A DNA stretch of 64,000 nucleotides. It comes from Atractiella rhizophila (taxonomy: Eukaryota). The notes under the pieces are model-generated. The model was not told the DNA's origin, searched no databases, and saw only the letters and a program-made list of their open reading frames with translations. The translations under genes were made by a program, and so were the position numbers. Location: positions 1 through 64,000 of the forward strand of contig MU271216.1 in assembly GCA_021432655.1 (NCBI GenBank). The letters run 5' to 3'. Position 1 is the stretch's first letter; every line of letters starts with the position of its first letter. Of the stretch, positions 36,965-50,589 are shown one piece after another.

Positions 36965-39900
36965 ATGGCACAACCAGGAATCCTTCGTTGTTGGGTGCCC
37001 GGCTGTCTTCATGATTACTTTGGGAGACGCGACCAAGATGTGATGCGGCACGTCGCACTCGCACATCCCAATTATCGTCCTGAGGATGCTCAAGTACCGG
37101 GCCATTTGCTGCGGGTGAAGCGGGAGACCACGCTGAAGTTGCGGTGGTACAACAAGCTGGCATGGTAGATGGGGAAGGTGACATCGTGATGAGAAATTGT
37201 GGTGCCGGGCAAGATTTGGGATGGAATGAGGACGAGGGGAGATTCGAAACATTGCCTGATATTGACCAGGAGGATGATGGATGGCATGCGCGAGCTGTAC
37301 ATCGAAACTTCATTCCTGGTGGTAAGATTCTTGTCATCTGCTTTGTGTGTCATGTGTTGAGTAGTATTGGAGGGAGAAGATACCGAAAAGATGGTACTCC
37401 AGCGGTTCGCGGCGATCCTCCAGAACCTGATCCATTAGAGGAGGCCAATGCGAAAAATCATGGATGGTGGCCCTTTGAAGATAAGCGTCAGCGAGATGCG
37501 GCAATGTTTATATTGAACTCAAAAGGGGTTGTGCTCAGCGTTGAACGGACAAAAGAGTATCTTGACTTCTTAGAGGAGCATTTTAATTACCGTCCTTTTC
37601 AAGACAGGCAAAAGCTATTCGATGTCATTGCTCAAGTGCCTGGAGCAGAAGACTTTAAATGGCATGAGACCATTGTCAACGTCAATGTCAGCGAGATCCG
37701 TAAAAGATTCCCCAACGGAGAACTGCCAGAATATATGCGAGAGAAGTATGTCGTTCGGCATCGGGACCTGAAGAAGGTCCTGACAAGGACCCTTAGCGCT
37801 AGGGGTCTTCATGGCCATGTGCAGTACAATGCCTTTATTGACATTGACATCGAGGGAAAGGAGGTCTACAGCTCCATGGCTTCTGCAAATTCGTGGAGAC
37901 AACTGCAGGTTTGTCGAACCCTTTTCTATGCCTTCTCTCAATGGATATTTCGTTTGCAGAGATTGCATGGCTCAGACGCAACTATAATGCCTTTGAAAGT
38001 TGCTTCAGATAAAACTCTCCTTGCTGCTCAGAAAGGGAATGCAGAGTTCTATCCCATTTACGTCTTGCCAGGCAATATTGATGAAGATGTTGCTTATCTG
38101 CACCACCTCAGATACTTCATGCTTGCAGCTGGAGTTCCACTCATCCGTGGTAACTAGTTTAATTCAGCCCCATATTTATCTCACAACGATTGTAGGAGCA
38201 ACGGATGCAGAAAAGCGCACTGAGGAGTACCGAATCTTCGCGCGGGCATTCATCACTCAAGCTTTCCAAGTTGCATTGTCGGAGCCACTGCAAGAACTAG
38301 AAGAGGCTGGGATCTTCACAAGATGTCCTGATGGATACTACCGGTGCTTTTTCCCTCAGATAGTCGCTCATCTGGCTGACGATATGGAAAAGACCTTCCT
38401 TGCACTCCCCTATGTTGGGTGGTGTGAACGCTGCCTCATCGATCCCTCTGATAAAGGGAAAGATGGGCAGTGGCCGCTACGCCATGAAAAGCAGCGTAGG
38501 GAAGCATTGGCTACTGGATGGCCAGAGGCACAACTCAAGCAGGCAGGGCTACGTCCACTATTGCCTTACACTGACAATCTACGATTGACCGACATGCACA
38601 GTATTCTTGTTTCAGACATTCTTCATCAGCTTCTCAAAGGAATATTTCTCCATCATATAGTTCAATGGGTTCTCAGACTTATCGAACTCGAACATCAAGA
38701 ACGGCCTGGACCAGGCATCTCAGAGCTGGAGAGGCGACTGAAGTTTATGCCAGCTTTTCCTGGTATCCGCACATTCTACACTGGACTAAACTTCTCGCGC
38801 TGGTCTGCAGGAGACGCTGAACAACTCGCAGCTATCTTTGCACCAGCGATTTATGGTCTCATTCCAACTCCAGCTATGCGCTGCACAGTTGCATTACTTG
38901 AGTTTATCTACTTCGCCAAACTTCCTGTCTTTGGTGCCATCGAACGTGAAGGGTTACAGCAAGCGAAGACGCGGTTCTTTGCTGATCTGCCAGCTTTGCT
39001 TGTGTCCGTATTGGTAAAGACGGGAAAGATAAAGGGTTTGACAACATTCCAAAGGTTCATTCGTTGCATCATTACGACGTTGACATTGCCAATGATGGAC
39101 CGGTAACTTTTGTCAGCACAGAGTACTCAGAAAGTCTTCATTCCATTGACCTCAAAGATCCATTCAGAGGGACGAACAAGAACAACGCAGACACCCAGAT
39201 TTTGAACCGAAACTTCTTGCAAGATGCATTCCAACTCAAAACTGCCTATCTTGAAGATGTTGGCTTACTTCCAAGTGAGGCAGCTCGACCTCGAGGGGCA
39301 AGACATGTTGATTATGGAGGCACAGTAGGAGTTTTCATGGCAAAAACTCCAGGTAAGCTTTGGTTCTCAACAGCTCCAAAAGCTCATACATGGCATAGAG
39401 GAAGGATACCCAATGCCAGTGTTGCAAGCAATCGAGAAGGAACGACTCTTCTACCTTTGCTACCACATTGGCTGCTTTCTAAAGTCACTGGAAATGGGAG
39501 AGTATGTTGGCTACGAGCATGATGACCAGTTGCCCGATTTTCAGGGTTCCATTAAGCGTTTCGGAGCTATTACCTCTATCTGGAGGAATCTTGCAGCTTT
39601 CACAAAGGCAAAACCACTCATCAAGTATTCTATTCGGGCTAAGGACTCTTGGTACGCTCGAGATATGCCAGGATCCAGCAACGCTGCTTTGGAGCGCTTC
39701 GACTGCATTGTGATTCATGAGAAGTGGGCAACAGCAAAGCGTCATTTCCGCCCTGCACAGGTTCTCCTTCTTTTCAGTCTCGAGTATGAAGGACAGCAGC
39801 ATCAACTCGCTTTTGTGCAGTATTTCAACCTCGTGGGACATGATGTTGACCCTTCCACACGCATGTGGAAGCTCAAATTTGCTGAAGTCTCCATCAATCA

Positions 39901-40081
39901 TGAACGAGTTCGGGATGTGGAGGTGCTTCGCATCGACCGCATCATTCGACAGGCACATGTCACTCCCATCTTCAAGGCAGAAACTCCTCACGATCAAAAC
40001 CGCTCAAACATTCTGGAAAGCCACCGAGAAGCTTGGCTTAACAAGTTCTCAGATCAAGACACTTTTTTGCGCTTCATTTGA
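36965..40081 (+). mobile_element. Plavaka transposase gene with N-terminal C2H2-like finger; full length, two frameshifts (~37098, ~39003)
   Basis: CWVPGC...RHVALAH; WWPF; ATIMPLKVASDKT...GNAEFYPIYV.PGNI; CPDGYYR...LADDMEK; DILHQLLKGIF; NIPKVHSLHHY...STEYSESLH...KDPFRGTNK. Confidence 0.9.
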
Positions 40082-40779
40082 GAAATTGTAAGGTACTGGG
40101 CACGCTCGCAACGCAACAACTAGCGCTGAGTCCACGTAGGTAGAAAAGATGAGAAAGGAAATACATTCATGCTTGATCCAAGCTTGCAGTCTGACCGAAA
40201 ACTCACTCTCTTCCAAGCTTGAAGCTGACATAACAAACCCTCTCACTTTCTCCATTTAGAACACTCACCAGTGTTCATCCTCTCTGCCCATCCCACCATA
40301 TACTGCTTCCACACCGCAAATACCCCCTGCCCTTTGCCATTTACCCGACATTTTGTTCTCCCGACGAGTGTGAAACGAAAATTGAACTGGCATTAGAGTT
40401 GAGCGCGTTGGATAGCTTCGATGTCGCCTTCCTACTTTCCGCAATCTATCAGAGAACTTGGTGGTGGGAGAGGTATTCGAAGGAGATGAAGGGAAAGTAG
40501 ATTGATCGGGTAGTTCTGAAATGGGGGTGACTCATAGCCAATGTGGGCTTGTTGATGCATGGTGCCAGAATCAGCATCACTGCCTCACTGGCTTCACATC
40601 TAATAACTGCATGTTTCAACGATACTTAATAAAACAAGTGAGCGATTTATTATTGAGTCATCGTCATGGCTCGCTATGGCTCCCATAGCGCCATAGGGAC
40701 CACTAGGAACCACTCTATAACGAGGTCCTATCATAGATCCCCATAGGGCGAAGGAATGTGCTGATGTTTGGGCTTCTGC

Positions 40780-41515
40780 CTACAGACAAAGAAATACAGA
40801 TTCCCTTTGCATACTAAATGGTACGGAAGGACGAACCTTGGCATATCCATATCCACATGAGAAAGGATTGACAACTGAGTTGCAGGTTGAGGAGTTTCTG
40901 GCACAGAAAATACATCCACTGCCTCTGCTTTCGTTCTTGTAAACTTTCGCTCTAACCCATCCTCCTCTCTCCAAAGCTTATGAACTTCGTTCAGCTGTTC
41001 CTGCAAGAAAAATTGAGCTTTGGAGTGGCCCGCACAGAGCTGGAGCTCAGGATGAAGTGATTCTATCACACCGATCATCGCTTCTTTTCCGGTTTGATGG
41101 ACATTTTCCACACTGACTGGCGATAGCTTGTTTGAGACAGAAAATCAGTAAGGATCACACATGCACTCGTCCGAATGAATGATTCAGTGGAGACACGAAC
41201 TCCTTCCTCATTGACAAGCCAGGTCAGCTTCTCTGGCGGCTTGTTTCCTGATTCTACTTGAGTCTTCTTCCAATGATTCCAAACTGTTTCCATCCAAAAA
41301 TGCTCAGGAATTGTGCTGGGACATGTAGGAGAAATCGACTCGTATTCATACTTCTGTGGTTGCCATCTGGCAGGGATATCAGTGTTTCCAGTGCCCCGTA
41401 GAACTGCTTGATGTGCGCAGAGAGTGCTGGAGGGAAGAGACGGGGTGGATGAATTTGTTGTAACGACAGGGGAGCGGAGTGACAGAGCAGTTGTAGTATT
41501 TTCCCTGAAACTCAT
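40780..41515 (-). pseudogene. Transposon-associated accessory protein relic, divergent from the Tnp2-type transposase
   Basis: VWNHWKK...WLVNEEGVRVS...HPELQLCAGHSKAQFF resembles a pattern I associate with fungal TE-linked uncharacterised proteins; split by a frameshift near 41100. Confidence 0.45.
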
Positions 41516-41999
41516 ATACAGATAGCCCCTTAAAAATTGAAATCCTCACAAGCTCTCTACTTTCCTTCTAAGAACTTGATCCTCAGTAAAAGTCACTCGG
41601 AAGCGAACTATATGATAACAACATGTGTCAGTGTATGATAAATGATGAAATAACAGAGAATGAGCATAACAGGGAGTGAGGAAGCCTATATTGTGATTGC
41701 AAGACGTTTTGTGGAGGAATCTGGACACAGATCAAGCGCTCAACAGCATTTAAGCATGAGAGGGTTCGAAAGGATTTGGGACAAGCTGGAGAAGATGGTG
41801 TAGACTGGCCAGGTGGATTGAATAATCATAGAACAGGAGGGATGGATGAGTTGAGACTAGTTTGTTATCTACCCATTGAGGTGGATCAGTACTGATATTC
41901 CTTTCGTAGCCAGTAGAGTTTGAGAGACAACATGAGATACCTGAATCCTTTGAGCTGTGCCAGAATTCCCATAATTTTTGGGATAAGCGGTTGGGAGAG

Positions 42000-44915
42000 A
42001 TCTTGGACTGAGTTCAAAGAGGTGTCAAGAAGAGGAAGATGAAGAGAAAGATGTCAAAGAGGCTGATGAGGTTCATTCTTCGGTGGATGAAGACAGCTCG
42101 GAGTCTGATGAAGAAGAAGGACCAAGTGGTGATGATAGGAATCCTAGGGACAGTGAAAGGGAAGATGACATAAGAAATAGTGAGAAGGGCTGTGAGAGTG
42201 AAGACGGGCCTGAAGTAGCTGATCGTGGGTATTTGCTCTGACATGATCGAACTCTGTGACTTTCTTGATAATTCCCGGACAGTGGATTCGAGGCTTGCAC
42301 AAGATGTCTGGGAAAATGATCGCTTCATTCAAGAGCAATTCAAGTTGTACGAATCAATGGGTTTTACACAAGTTGTCTCTCCGGAAGAAGAGTATCATTA
42401 CCGCCCTCTGGCAGAAGAGGAGATAGTATTTGTAGAGCTTTATATGACTTGTCATGGTCGAGCGGCAGGTGAAGTCTACAAGGACCTACGGCAACTGCAC
42501 CTCAAGCGATTCCAAACTGAGGCATTTATACTCGAAGCTGTTCAGAAGCTGGTTAGGGAACGAAGTCGTATTATCCCAGAATCTTTCGACATGTGCTCCC
42601 AATCCCACATGGCATATACTGGGCTCTGGAAGGATCGAACTGATTGTCCCAAATGTGGCGAGTCTCGATATTTCACCAAAACCAGAGCGGCCGCTCTATT
42701 CAAGTTTCACGGAGGAAGTACTACGTTGTGCCTTTCGAAGTTCCACTTCAAGCCCATTGGTCAACTTCAGCAGGAGCCAAATTATCGAAGCATCGAGCTG
42801 AACAGACCGCTCTCTTGACTGAATCCTACTCTCCTGGAAGCATGGTTGATGAACTCAATGACATATACTGTGGCCGTGATTATCTTCAAGCAGTACATGA
42901 CCTCAAGATTCTTCCAACAGATTGTGTCTTAGCGCTTTCCCTCGACGGGGCACAAATCTACAACACGAAGAAACCTTCAGACTCTATTTTCATCATTCTT
43001 ATCGACTATAATTTACCACCAGAGGTCCGCTATAAGCAACAATTTGTTATCCCACTGGCCATTATTCCTGGCCCACATCCACTGTGGAATCAAAACTCTT
43101 TTCTTCTCCCAATCTTCGATCGCATCAAATCTTTGCATACAACCAGATTTCCTTTGTTTGATGGCGACCGTGAACACTGGTTTCGATCTCAGCCCTTTGT
43201 AGCACTTGGCCTTTTCGATACTCTCTGCCAAACTGCTGTTGCTGCCGAAGTTGGGCATAATGGGCGAATGGGCTGCCATATTAATGGATGTACATTGATA
43301 GGTGCACATCAACCTGGTGCTCCGACCTACTACTTTCCTCTCACACGCCCCAACGATTATTTTGAGCCATTATCCATGCGGCCGAACTACGATCCTTACA
43401 AACTTCCCACGGAGACTCCGGATCAATACCGTGCCCATGTTGCAGCCATTCTACAAGCGAAAGCAAACGATCAACCAACTCTGCAGAAGCGCCTTCAAAG
43501 AGAGTATGGTATTGTTGGAGAAAGTCTATTCTCCCAAATCGAAACTCTGGGAGGTGGCCCGCCTTTTTGCTTTGTTATTGATGGGATGCACCACCCTAAT
43601 TTCAACTTCACAGAGTTGATGGTTGGATTGTGGAGAGGCATCATACGGCCCACTGACAAGAAGACTAAGAAAACAAGCAGTGATGGCCTGGGGAAGAGAA
43701 AGCGAGGGAAGACCAATGCTGAGGCTCAGGAAATACCTGCTACAGATCGACTCCCTGGGAAACACTTCTGGGAGCTTGCTGGCAACAGCATGGGGTCGAA
43801 GTTGCAAACACTCAATTTTTTTGCCCAGTTTCTGGGATAAATTTTGTCGCAACATTGACATCAAGTATTCTGGCTATCGAGCGAAAGAGTGGGAAACCTA
43901 CTTCTATGGTTTAGGTCCTGGTCTCCTCCAAAGCCATCTTCCACCTACCTACTTTCAACATTACCTGAAGATCGTCTACTGCATGCGGGCTTTGCGTCAA
44001 CGAAGCATCTCTCAAGATTTGCTCAACTCAATCGAGAAGCTGATAATCGAATTTGTCCTTGAATTCGAAGATATTTACTATCAGAACAACATTAAAAGGC
44101 TTCATTTTTGCTGACCCTCACTGCACAAGTTGCTCCATCTTTGTGAACAAATGCGACGTGTAGGGCCTTTTATTTACATTACTCAATGGACTTTGGAGCG
44201 TACCATTGGGCTTCTCAGATCTCGAATACACCAACATTCAAGACCTTACGAGAATCTGGCACAGGAAACCATGCGACAAGCTCAATGCCAGGCAGTACGC
44301 TCCATCGACCCAACTCTTATTCTTCCTCAAACACAGTGGCCGCCACCACGACGTGCCTTGCATTTAGGAAACTGTTTCAGTTTTCTACGCGCTTGAGAGG
44401 CTGATGTGCAGCTGCTTCCTTCCACTGAGCGTTCTGCAGTTGAAGCCTATCTATCACACTGGCATCCACCAGATACTTGGAATGGTCGCTTTACCAAATG
44501 GGCAAGATTGCAGTTGCCGCTGAATGAGATTGTCCGTACCAGGTGGAAAGAGCTCCAGCGGCCCCCTGACGAAGTTCACATCAGCCGCCAGATCAAATAC
44601 AAACGCCTTATGTTCCCTCCTTCTGAAAGTGCCGGACCCCCTGCCGTTTCGATTGCCTATGCTGAGGTCTTGTATTTCCATCAACTAAAGGTCAGCAATT
44701 TATCACATCATCTTGCCCTAATTCAGCCATATCGCGATTGCCAACGACATGATCCATTCGGAGTGCTCACAACGTGCCAGCCTGCCCTTCCAGGTGACTT
44801 TGACGTAGTCAATGTCACGCAAGTGCAAGGGGTTGTTGCGGTTATTCCCAGGTCATGGTACAACAATTGCTTCATCGTGGAAAGATTGGGTGGTTTGGGG
44901 ATTGAAACAGATTGA
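42000..44915 (+). mobile_element. CACTA/EnSpm (Tnp2/Transposase_21-like) fungal transposase pseudogene
   Basis: Acidic N-terminus; FDMCSQSHMAYTG...CPKCGESRY; DIYCG; LALSLDGAQIY; YNLPPEVRYK...IIPGP; GHNGRMGC; IDGMH; GYRAKEW; HKLLHL...GP...QWTLERTIG; frameshifts and TGA stops. Confidence 0.88.
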
Positions 44916-46382
44916 GATACATTTCTACAATCTAGAACTAGGGAATACAACTGTTTCAACCCGTACTGATGCCCTCCAGACTCCATTTCTTTGCTAGACG
45001 AACTAGCTGCACCTGATTGTATGAATGATTCGGAACTCAAAGCTCATCAGCTTTACGGTCATGCTGGCTGGTTTCTTCGAAGGAGAGCTTAAGGCGTGAT
45101 GGTGGGTTGACATTGGTGGTAATGGCGATTGAGGTGGCCGAATGGCAGCGGGATATGCATACATGGTGTCGAATTGATGATGGCTGACACGGACATTAGT
45201 AGAATACCTGATGGTAGAAAGACCTTTCTCCCTTCTACGACATATGGTCAGCAATGTCGCGAATAGGCAAAGTAGAACTCACCCAGAAAGATATCTCAGG
45301 CCCTGCTGCATCTCGAGCGGGTCAGCAGAGGTATTGGAGGATGTGAATGGTGATGAGGTGCGGGGTTGAGGAGGTTGTTTGGCGAGGAGGATGTCACGGT
45401 GTGGGGATGCCAGGTTTCAGGTCGGCTGGTTCAGCCATGGGTATCATGGATTGCTTCCACCAGCATCATACCTGTCAGATGCATTCATTCATATATGATA
45501 CAAGGAAATAGAAAGTAAGGAACTGACAAGTCAAGCATGTGCCTACCGCTCTACCTGTTTACCGACATGACCGTCCTTTGACGAGGGACATTCTGTGATG
45601 CTGTGATGGTAGGTGAGAGATAGCTGCAACAACAGGGTGACGAGAGATGAATAGATAGATCGTGTGAGAAGACCAAGGGAAGACTCACGCTTGTTGGTGA
45701 CAAAGAAGAATCGCTCACTCACGCCTTTATACAAGGATTCCAGGACATCTTCCTGACCCACAAGCCCGCTCAGGTCAGGACAAGGACAGACAGAACTAGC
45801 TAAATCACTCACAATGGTGGGAACGAGCCTAAGCATACAATCTTGTCTAAGACTTCCATTCCGCCTATGCCAGAAGATAAGCTAGCCCAAACTGGCGAGC
45901 TGGAAAGAAAAAGTATTGCCATGCAAGTCCCAGTCTGCATCGGAATGCCGCCTCTCAAGCTGCTTCAGCAAGTACCTGTACTTGACCACAGAAATGCTCA
46001 CCACATCGGGTCGATCTCAGCGTGCCTAGCGAATGAGAACGAAACAGTCCCAAAAGTCCCATTCCACTCCAAATCCTGTCACAAATCTCACAATCAGTCG
46101 TTGTTGTTTGTGCAGCCACTCAGCCAGTTCACTTGCCAGCGGGCAGCTTCCCACTTTCCCCTAATCCTGCCAGAATCATCCCAAAATGTCCCAAACTCCA
46201 AACCAAACTTGACAGGGCCCTGTCACCAATAGAGCCACCAAAACAGGGGTGATAAGGAGGTGCAGAGAAATTTGATAATTTTCCGAGATTTTTAAGTATC
46301 AGTATCCTGCAGTCAGTCGGAGTTTGCCTTACATGAGGGGATGGCTTACACAGCCCATGGAACCCATCCTTATCCTTATATA

Positions 46383-47017
46383 AAATCCTTATATAAAAAG
46401 CACGACAGGTTTTGACCATGACTCACACATGTACTTTTGAGCACTTATATCACCACCAACAACAGCCCTATCAGAACTCCGAGCATACCATCAGAATACG
46501 CGAGTCGGCGCCTTTCGAACCATTTACAACAAAGCTTATTTGAAAGACGAAAAAAATTGTTTTCCTCACTGACTTCTTGGTCCACAACAACTCATCAAAA
46601 TTCTGAGCATACAGCTAGAATATACGTGTTGGTGCCTTTCAAACTGTATACAACAAAGCTTATTTAAAAGACAAAACAGAATTGTCTTCATGACTAAGTC
46701 AAGTGATGGGCTTTGTCACCTTTGCAGGATTTTCCTTACATACTTAAAATAAGTTGATGTAATAGAGGGTTTTGCGCGATGGTGTGGTTGGTCTTAGGTG
46801 AGAATGCAACCTAATTTTGCTTTTGGTGTTGGTTCAATTCTCTGTTGCCTCACATTTTGTCACCCTTGAAGCCGTAAAGTGCTTGCACACAATTTAACAG
46901 ATAATGTAGCTTCCAAAGAAGTGTTATGAGTACTCAACCTATCTCTCAGCATGTTCCTAACAGTATAGTCAACCACTTTTTATTGAAAAACAGTGGAAAC
47001 TAGATGTGCTCCCACCG
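46383..47017 (-). repeat. Inverted, diverged copy of the 10499-11122 repeat; possible terminal region of a DNA transposon
   Basis: Reverse-complement co-linearity with 10499-11122, including the internal duplication. Confidence 0.88.
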
Positions 47018-47428
47018 TTTGATTCCGGCCATTTATCAAGAAAACGTTTCATCAATACTGGCGTTCACCCAGATTACGTATTTCAATGACTATTCATGAG
47101 GATGACCGTTTGATCTGAGGCGTGCAAAAAAAATGTCCGCTTTGATCCATGGCATCCTCCAAATGACGGAGGAATCTCGTATTATCCATCGGGAATGACC
47201 GTTTGATCCGACTTATTCCACCATCTTCCGAAGAAATATGGCCAGTTCTTGATTGATGCCTCATCGTTCTCTCGTATGCTCCATTGAGAGGATAGCAGGC
47301 TACTTGGTCGGATCAGAACTAGTTTATAAAGTTCCGAGGTCCAAGAGAAGCATGAGTCTTCACTACTCGCAGGAATATCTTTTGAAATTGATAAACACGA
47401 AGCTGAATAATAGAGTAGTGCCAGGAGA

Positions 47429-48249
47429 TCAAGTGATAACGCAATTGTCCTTCACTTTCACTTTTTGTCACTTCCTCAACCTGCTCTGTGGATTCATATC
47501 CAGCTCCGAATCCATGATTTAGCGGACAATATGCTCGAAAACAGCAGCGACGTTGACTCCTAATCTTGCTGATGTCTCATAGTACGGAACTCCACCCCAC
47601 GAAAGAGAGGCTCCAGCCTCTGCTCCGACCATTCGTTCCGTTATGAGGTCACACTTATTACCAATCAAGACGAAAGGAGCCTTTTCCTGCAAACAAAACA
47701 GCGGTGTCACTTAGAAGTTGTGTTTCTAAGAAACGGTTTCTCCAAGTGGTTACTGGCTTGCCTTCTTAATACCAAGCTCCTCCTTCTGCCGCACGATATT
47801 ATCTCGTATTGGAGGCAGGTCCTTGATGCTATCCACCGAGTCCAAGGCGAAAACCAGAATGAAACTGTCTCTAGATTTCATGTACAGGCTATCGAGAGCA
47901 GGGAACTATCTCCACCTTGAGGAAACAGATTTCGGGAAAACGGGAAAAAAATAGACGGTCTATCCCAGCGGTGTCAAGGATCTGGCACTGGCACTGAACA
48001 AGATCCGCGGTCATTGACTTCCGGTATGAATCTTCGATATCTCTCAACTGCATCCATGTTGAGTCCCACACTTGAGTTAAACAGGGATCACTCACCTTGG
48101 CAGAAGCGAACGGCCAAAGCGCTCTTGCCGACAGCACCACCTGCAGATGGAGGTTCGATTCAGCTGCATCACGACTACAAGATCTGTGGAGCCTGGAGAA
48201 AGAGCGCGCCACCGAAAATGACAAGCTTGTACTCTCTACCAGACGGCAT
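47429..48249 (-). pseudogene. Ras-family small GTPase (Rap/Rsr1-like) pseudogene with introns
   Basis: MPSGREYKLVIFG|GGAVGKSALAVRF; IEDSYRK; ILDTAGI; LYMKSRDSFILVF; LIGNKCDL; YYETSAR; C-terminal CVIT* (CAAX). Two premature stops follow VFEHIVR and the YDPT effector segment is missing. Confidence 0.88.
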
Positions 48250-50589
48250 CGCCAATCCAGGTGTAGTGCGTCCAAATCTCGTTGTCTTGCGGACGCAGAG
48301 CTGAAAGCTGCTCGTTCCACAGGGTGTGCGAGTTCGGAGTATGCGAGTTGTGCCAAGTCAATATTGGCTGCAAAGAATATTGGATCAAACGCTTATTCCT
48401 GACAGAACCATGATCAAATTTTGAAAGTCTCCATTCTGGGTCAAACGGTATTTACGCAAACGCAGTAAACGGTGATTCCCAAAGGTTCAAATAATCGATT
48501 TTGGGTGGATCAGGATAGAGCCGTTTAACGGATGGGTAGACTAAGGCTCTCTCAAGAAGAAGGTTAGCGAGCGATATGTTAAGAACTATTTGGGTGATGG
48601 GTGAATTGAACGGCCATTTCGAAGAATAAGTTGCACAAACGGTCATTCCTGAAACGGTCACTTCTGATGGATATGAGGCATTCTTCGGACATTTTCATGC
48701 ATTCCTATAGATACGAGGCGTTCCTCGGACATTTTGATGGATGCTTGAACTTGAGTCCAAAGGGTCCTTCTCGTGAACAGGGTAGAGAAACTTACTCTCA
48801 GTAAATCCGATGGATCAAAAGGCGCCATGCACGAGGGTCCCCTTCTGCCTCGTGTTTCGTATATCGATTTCCTTGATACGGCATAGCATATCCATTAAAA
48901 ATGAGCGTTTGATAGCCTAAAACCAACTACTGTTGATCTGGCATATGCCAACAAATGACCGTTTATTTATCCAGCGTTCCCTGACAGACACTCATGAAAC
49001 CATTCCATTCCTGAGAAGGATAATTCAAAATGGCTAAAATCAAAAGCCCTTTCCATTATAACAGAGCTAAGCCTACCCATTCTCGAACTTGCAGTCGGGT
49101 CAACTTTGACAATCACATTCATCACGGTATATTCATATATCCACTTCTCAACCTCTCTTGTTACCTTGAGTAATGGTCACGGGATGGATGTGGATGTGGC
49201 AGATGGTCAAAAGAACGGTCAGCTCGGAAAAGTTCTTGACGTGAGGCTTCCATAATGCGCAGGCGCCGTCTGATTCTCGACGTCTTCCTAGCAGCATACG
49301 GATTTGGCAGCTTGAACTCTTCATTCTTGCACGGGTTCTCACTGACAGTGATTTACAGATACTCGAGCGGACAGGTGACCAGATCATGCCAGAACCGGAG
49401 TTTGAGCTACAACTATTCAGTATCTAACTATTTCGGTTGAGTTTGACATGCTATTTACGAATGGGGCAGATGAGGTCCCAGCGGTGAGGCGAGAAGCTGA
49501 AGACAGCGACTTGTTGCTCGTTCATCATCCGCATTCCACTTCTCCCTCGCCTCCGGCTGGGGATGGGAATATCCAAGTGGAATTAAAGGATCCGGTTGTT
49601 GTTCTGCCTCTCCCATTGAAAGAATGGTGTCGGAATTCGGATCTGCCAGCACGGAAACGGAGGAACAAAGGTTGTACGCCGTTCCTCCTCCACCCACGAC
49701 ATCCTTGACGACTTCGCACCACAGCGTCCCCATCTTTGTTACATATTGCCTCTCGCCCCAGTTCCATCGCTCCCATGAGCCTCCAACGCCTGATGGTTTC
49801 CTGCCCCTAATCAGAGGGAACAAGCCGGTCCCTTACGTCGTCCAACTCCATGATGGAGGTTGCGAATACAAGTTCCCAGTAGACGCGGATTTCAACTATC
49901 ACTCTCCGCCTCCCACCCCTCGTTCAGTGCCGAAACCAAGGCATGGACCGATGCCTCTTCGGCAAGAGGAGAGAGTGAAGATTAGGAGACCGAAGTTGTT
50001 GAGGAAAGGAAGAGACATACACTGCTGCTACCCTGTCCGACTCTGCGGCTGCTTTGAGATTGTACGAGCGCCTGTGTTCAAACTTCGCATCCGCAAATGG
50101 CCACCATACTGACCAAAAATCTCGAAGTTCAAGCAAATGTTCAACCTCAGCTTTGGTTGCAGAAGAGATGTTGTTGACAGGCAGCTTCCATTTCTCGCGA
50201 ACAGCTGCTTTTGCTGTCTGGATCTCTCCACGGTAGCTCAAGAATAAGGTAACGAACTAGGTGGACCGAATAACTTCAGTGGTGCTGATGAATCGGAAGC
50301 AAAACTTACCATTGCTAGTGGCGCTTTCGAGAGCGGCTTCAAGCTATGCTTCTGAAACTCCGCCTTGATAAGTTCTTCTCCCTTCTGTCTTGTGATGAAG
50401 GGGTCATCTGACGTGAGAATGTATTGTCGAATAAAGAGCCGAGTCGCCAGATCTCCCGCTTTGTCACGTTCCTCAGTGAAATCTATTTGAGTGCAATGGC
50501 CGCGCTCAAAGTATACACAAACAGTATAAAAGATGTACAACACATACCATGACTAACATACTTGTAGGTTTTTCAGGAAGAGAATGGTC

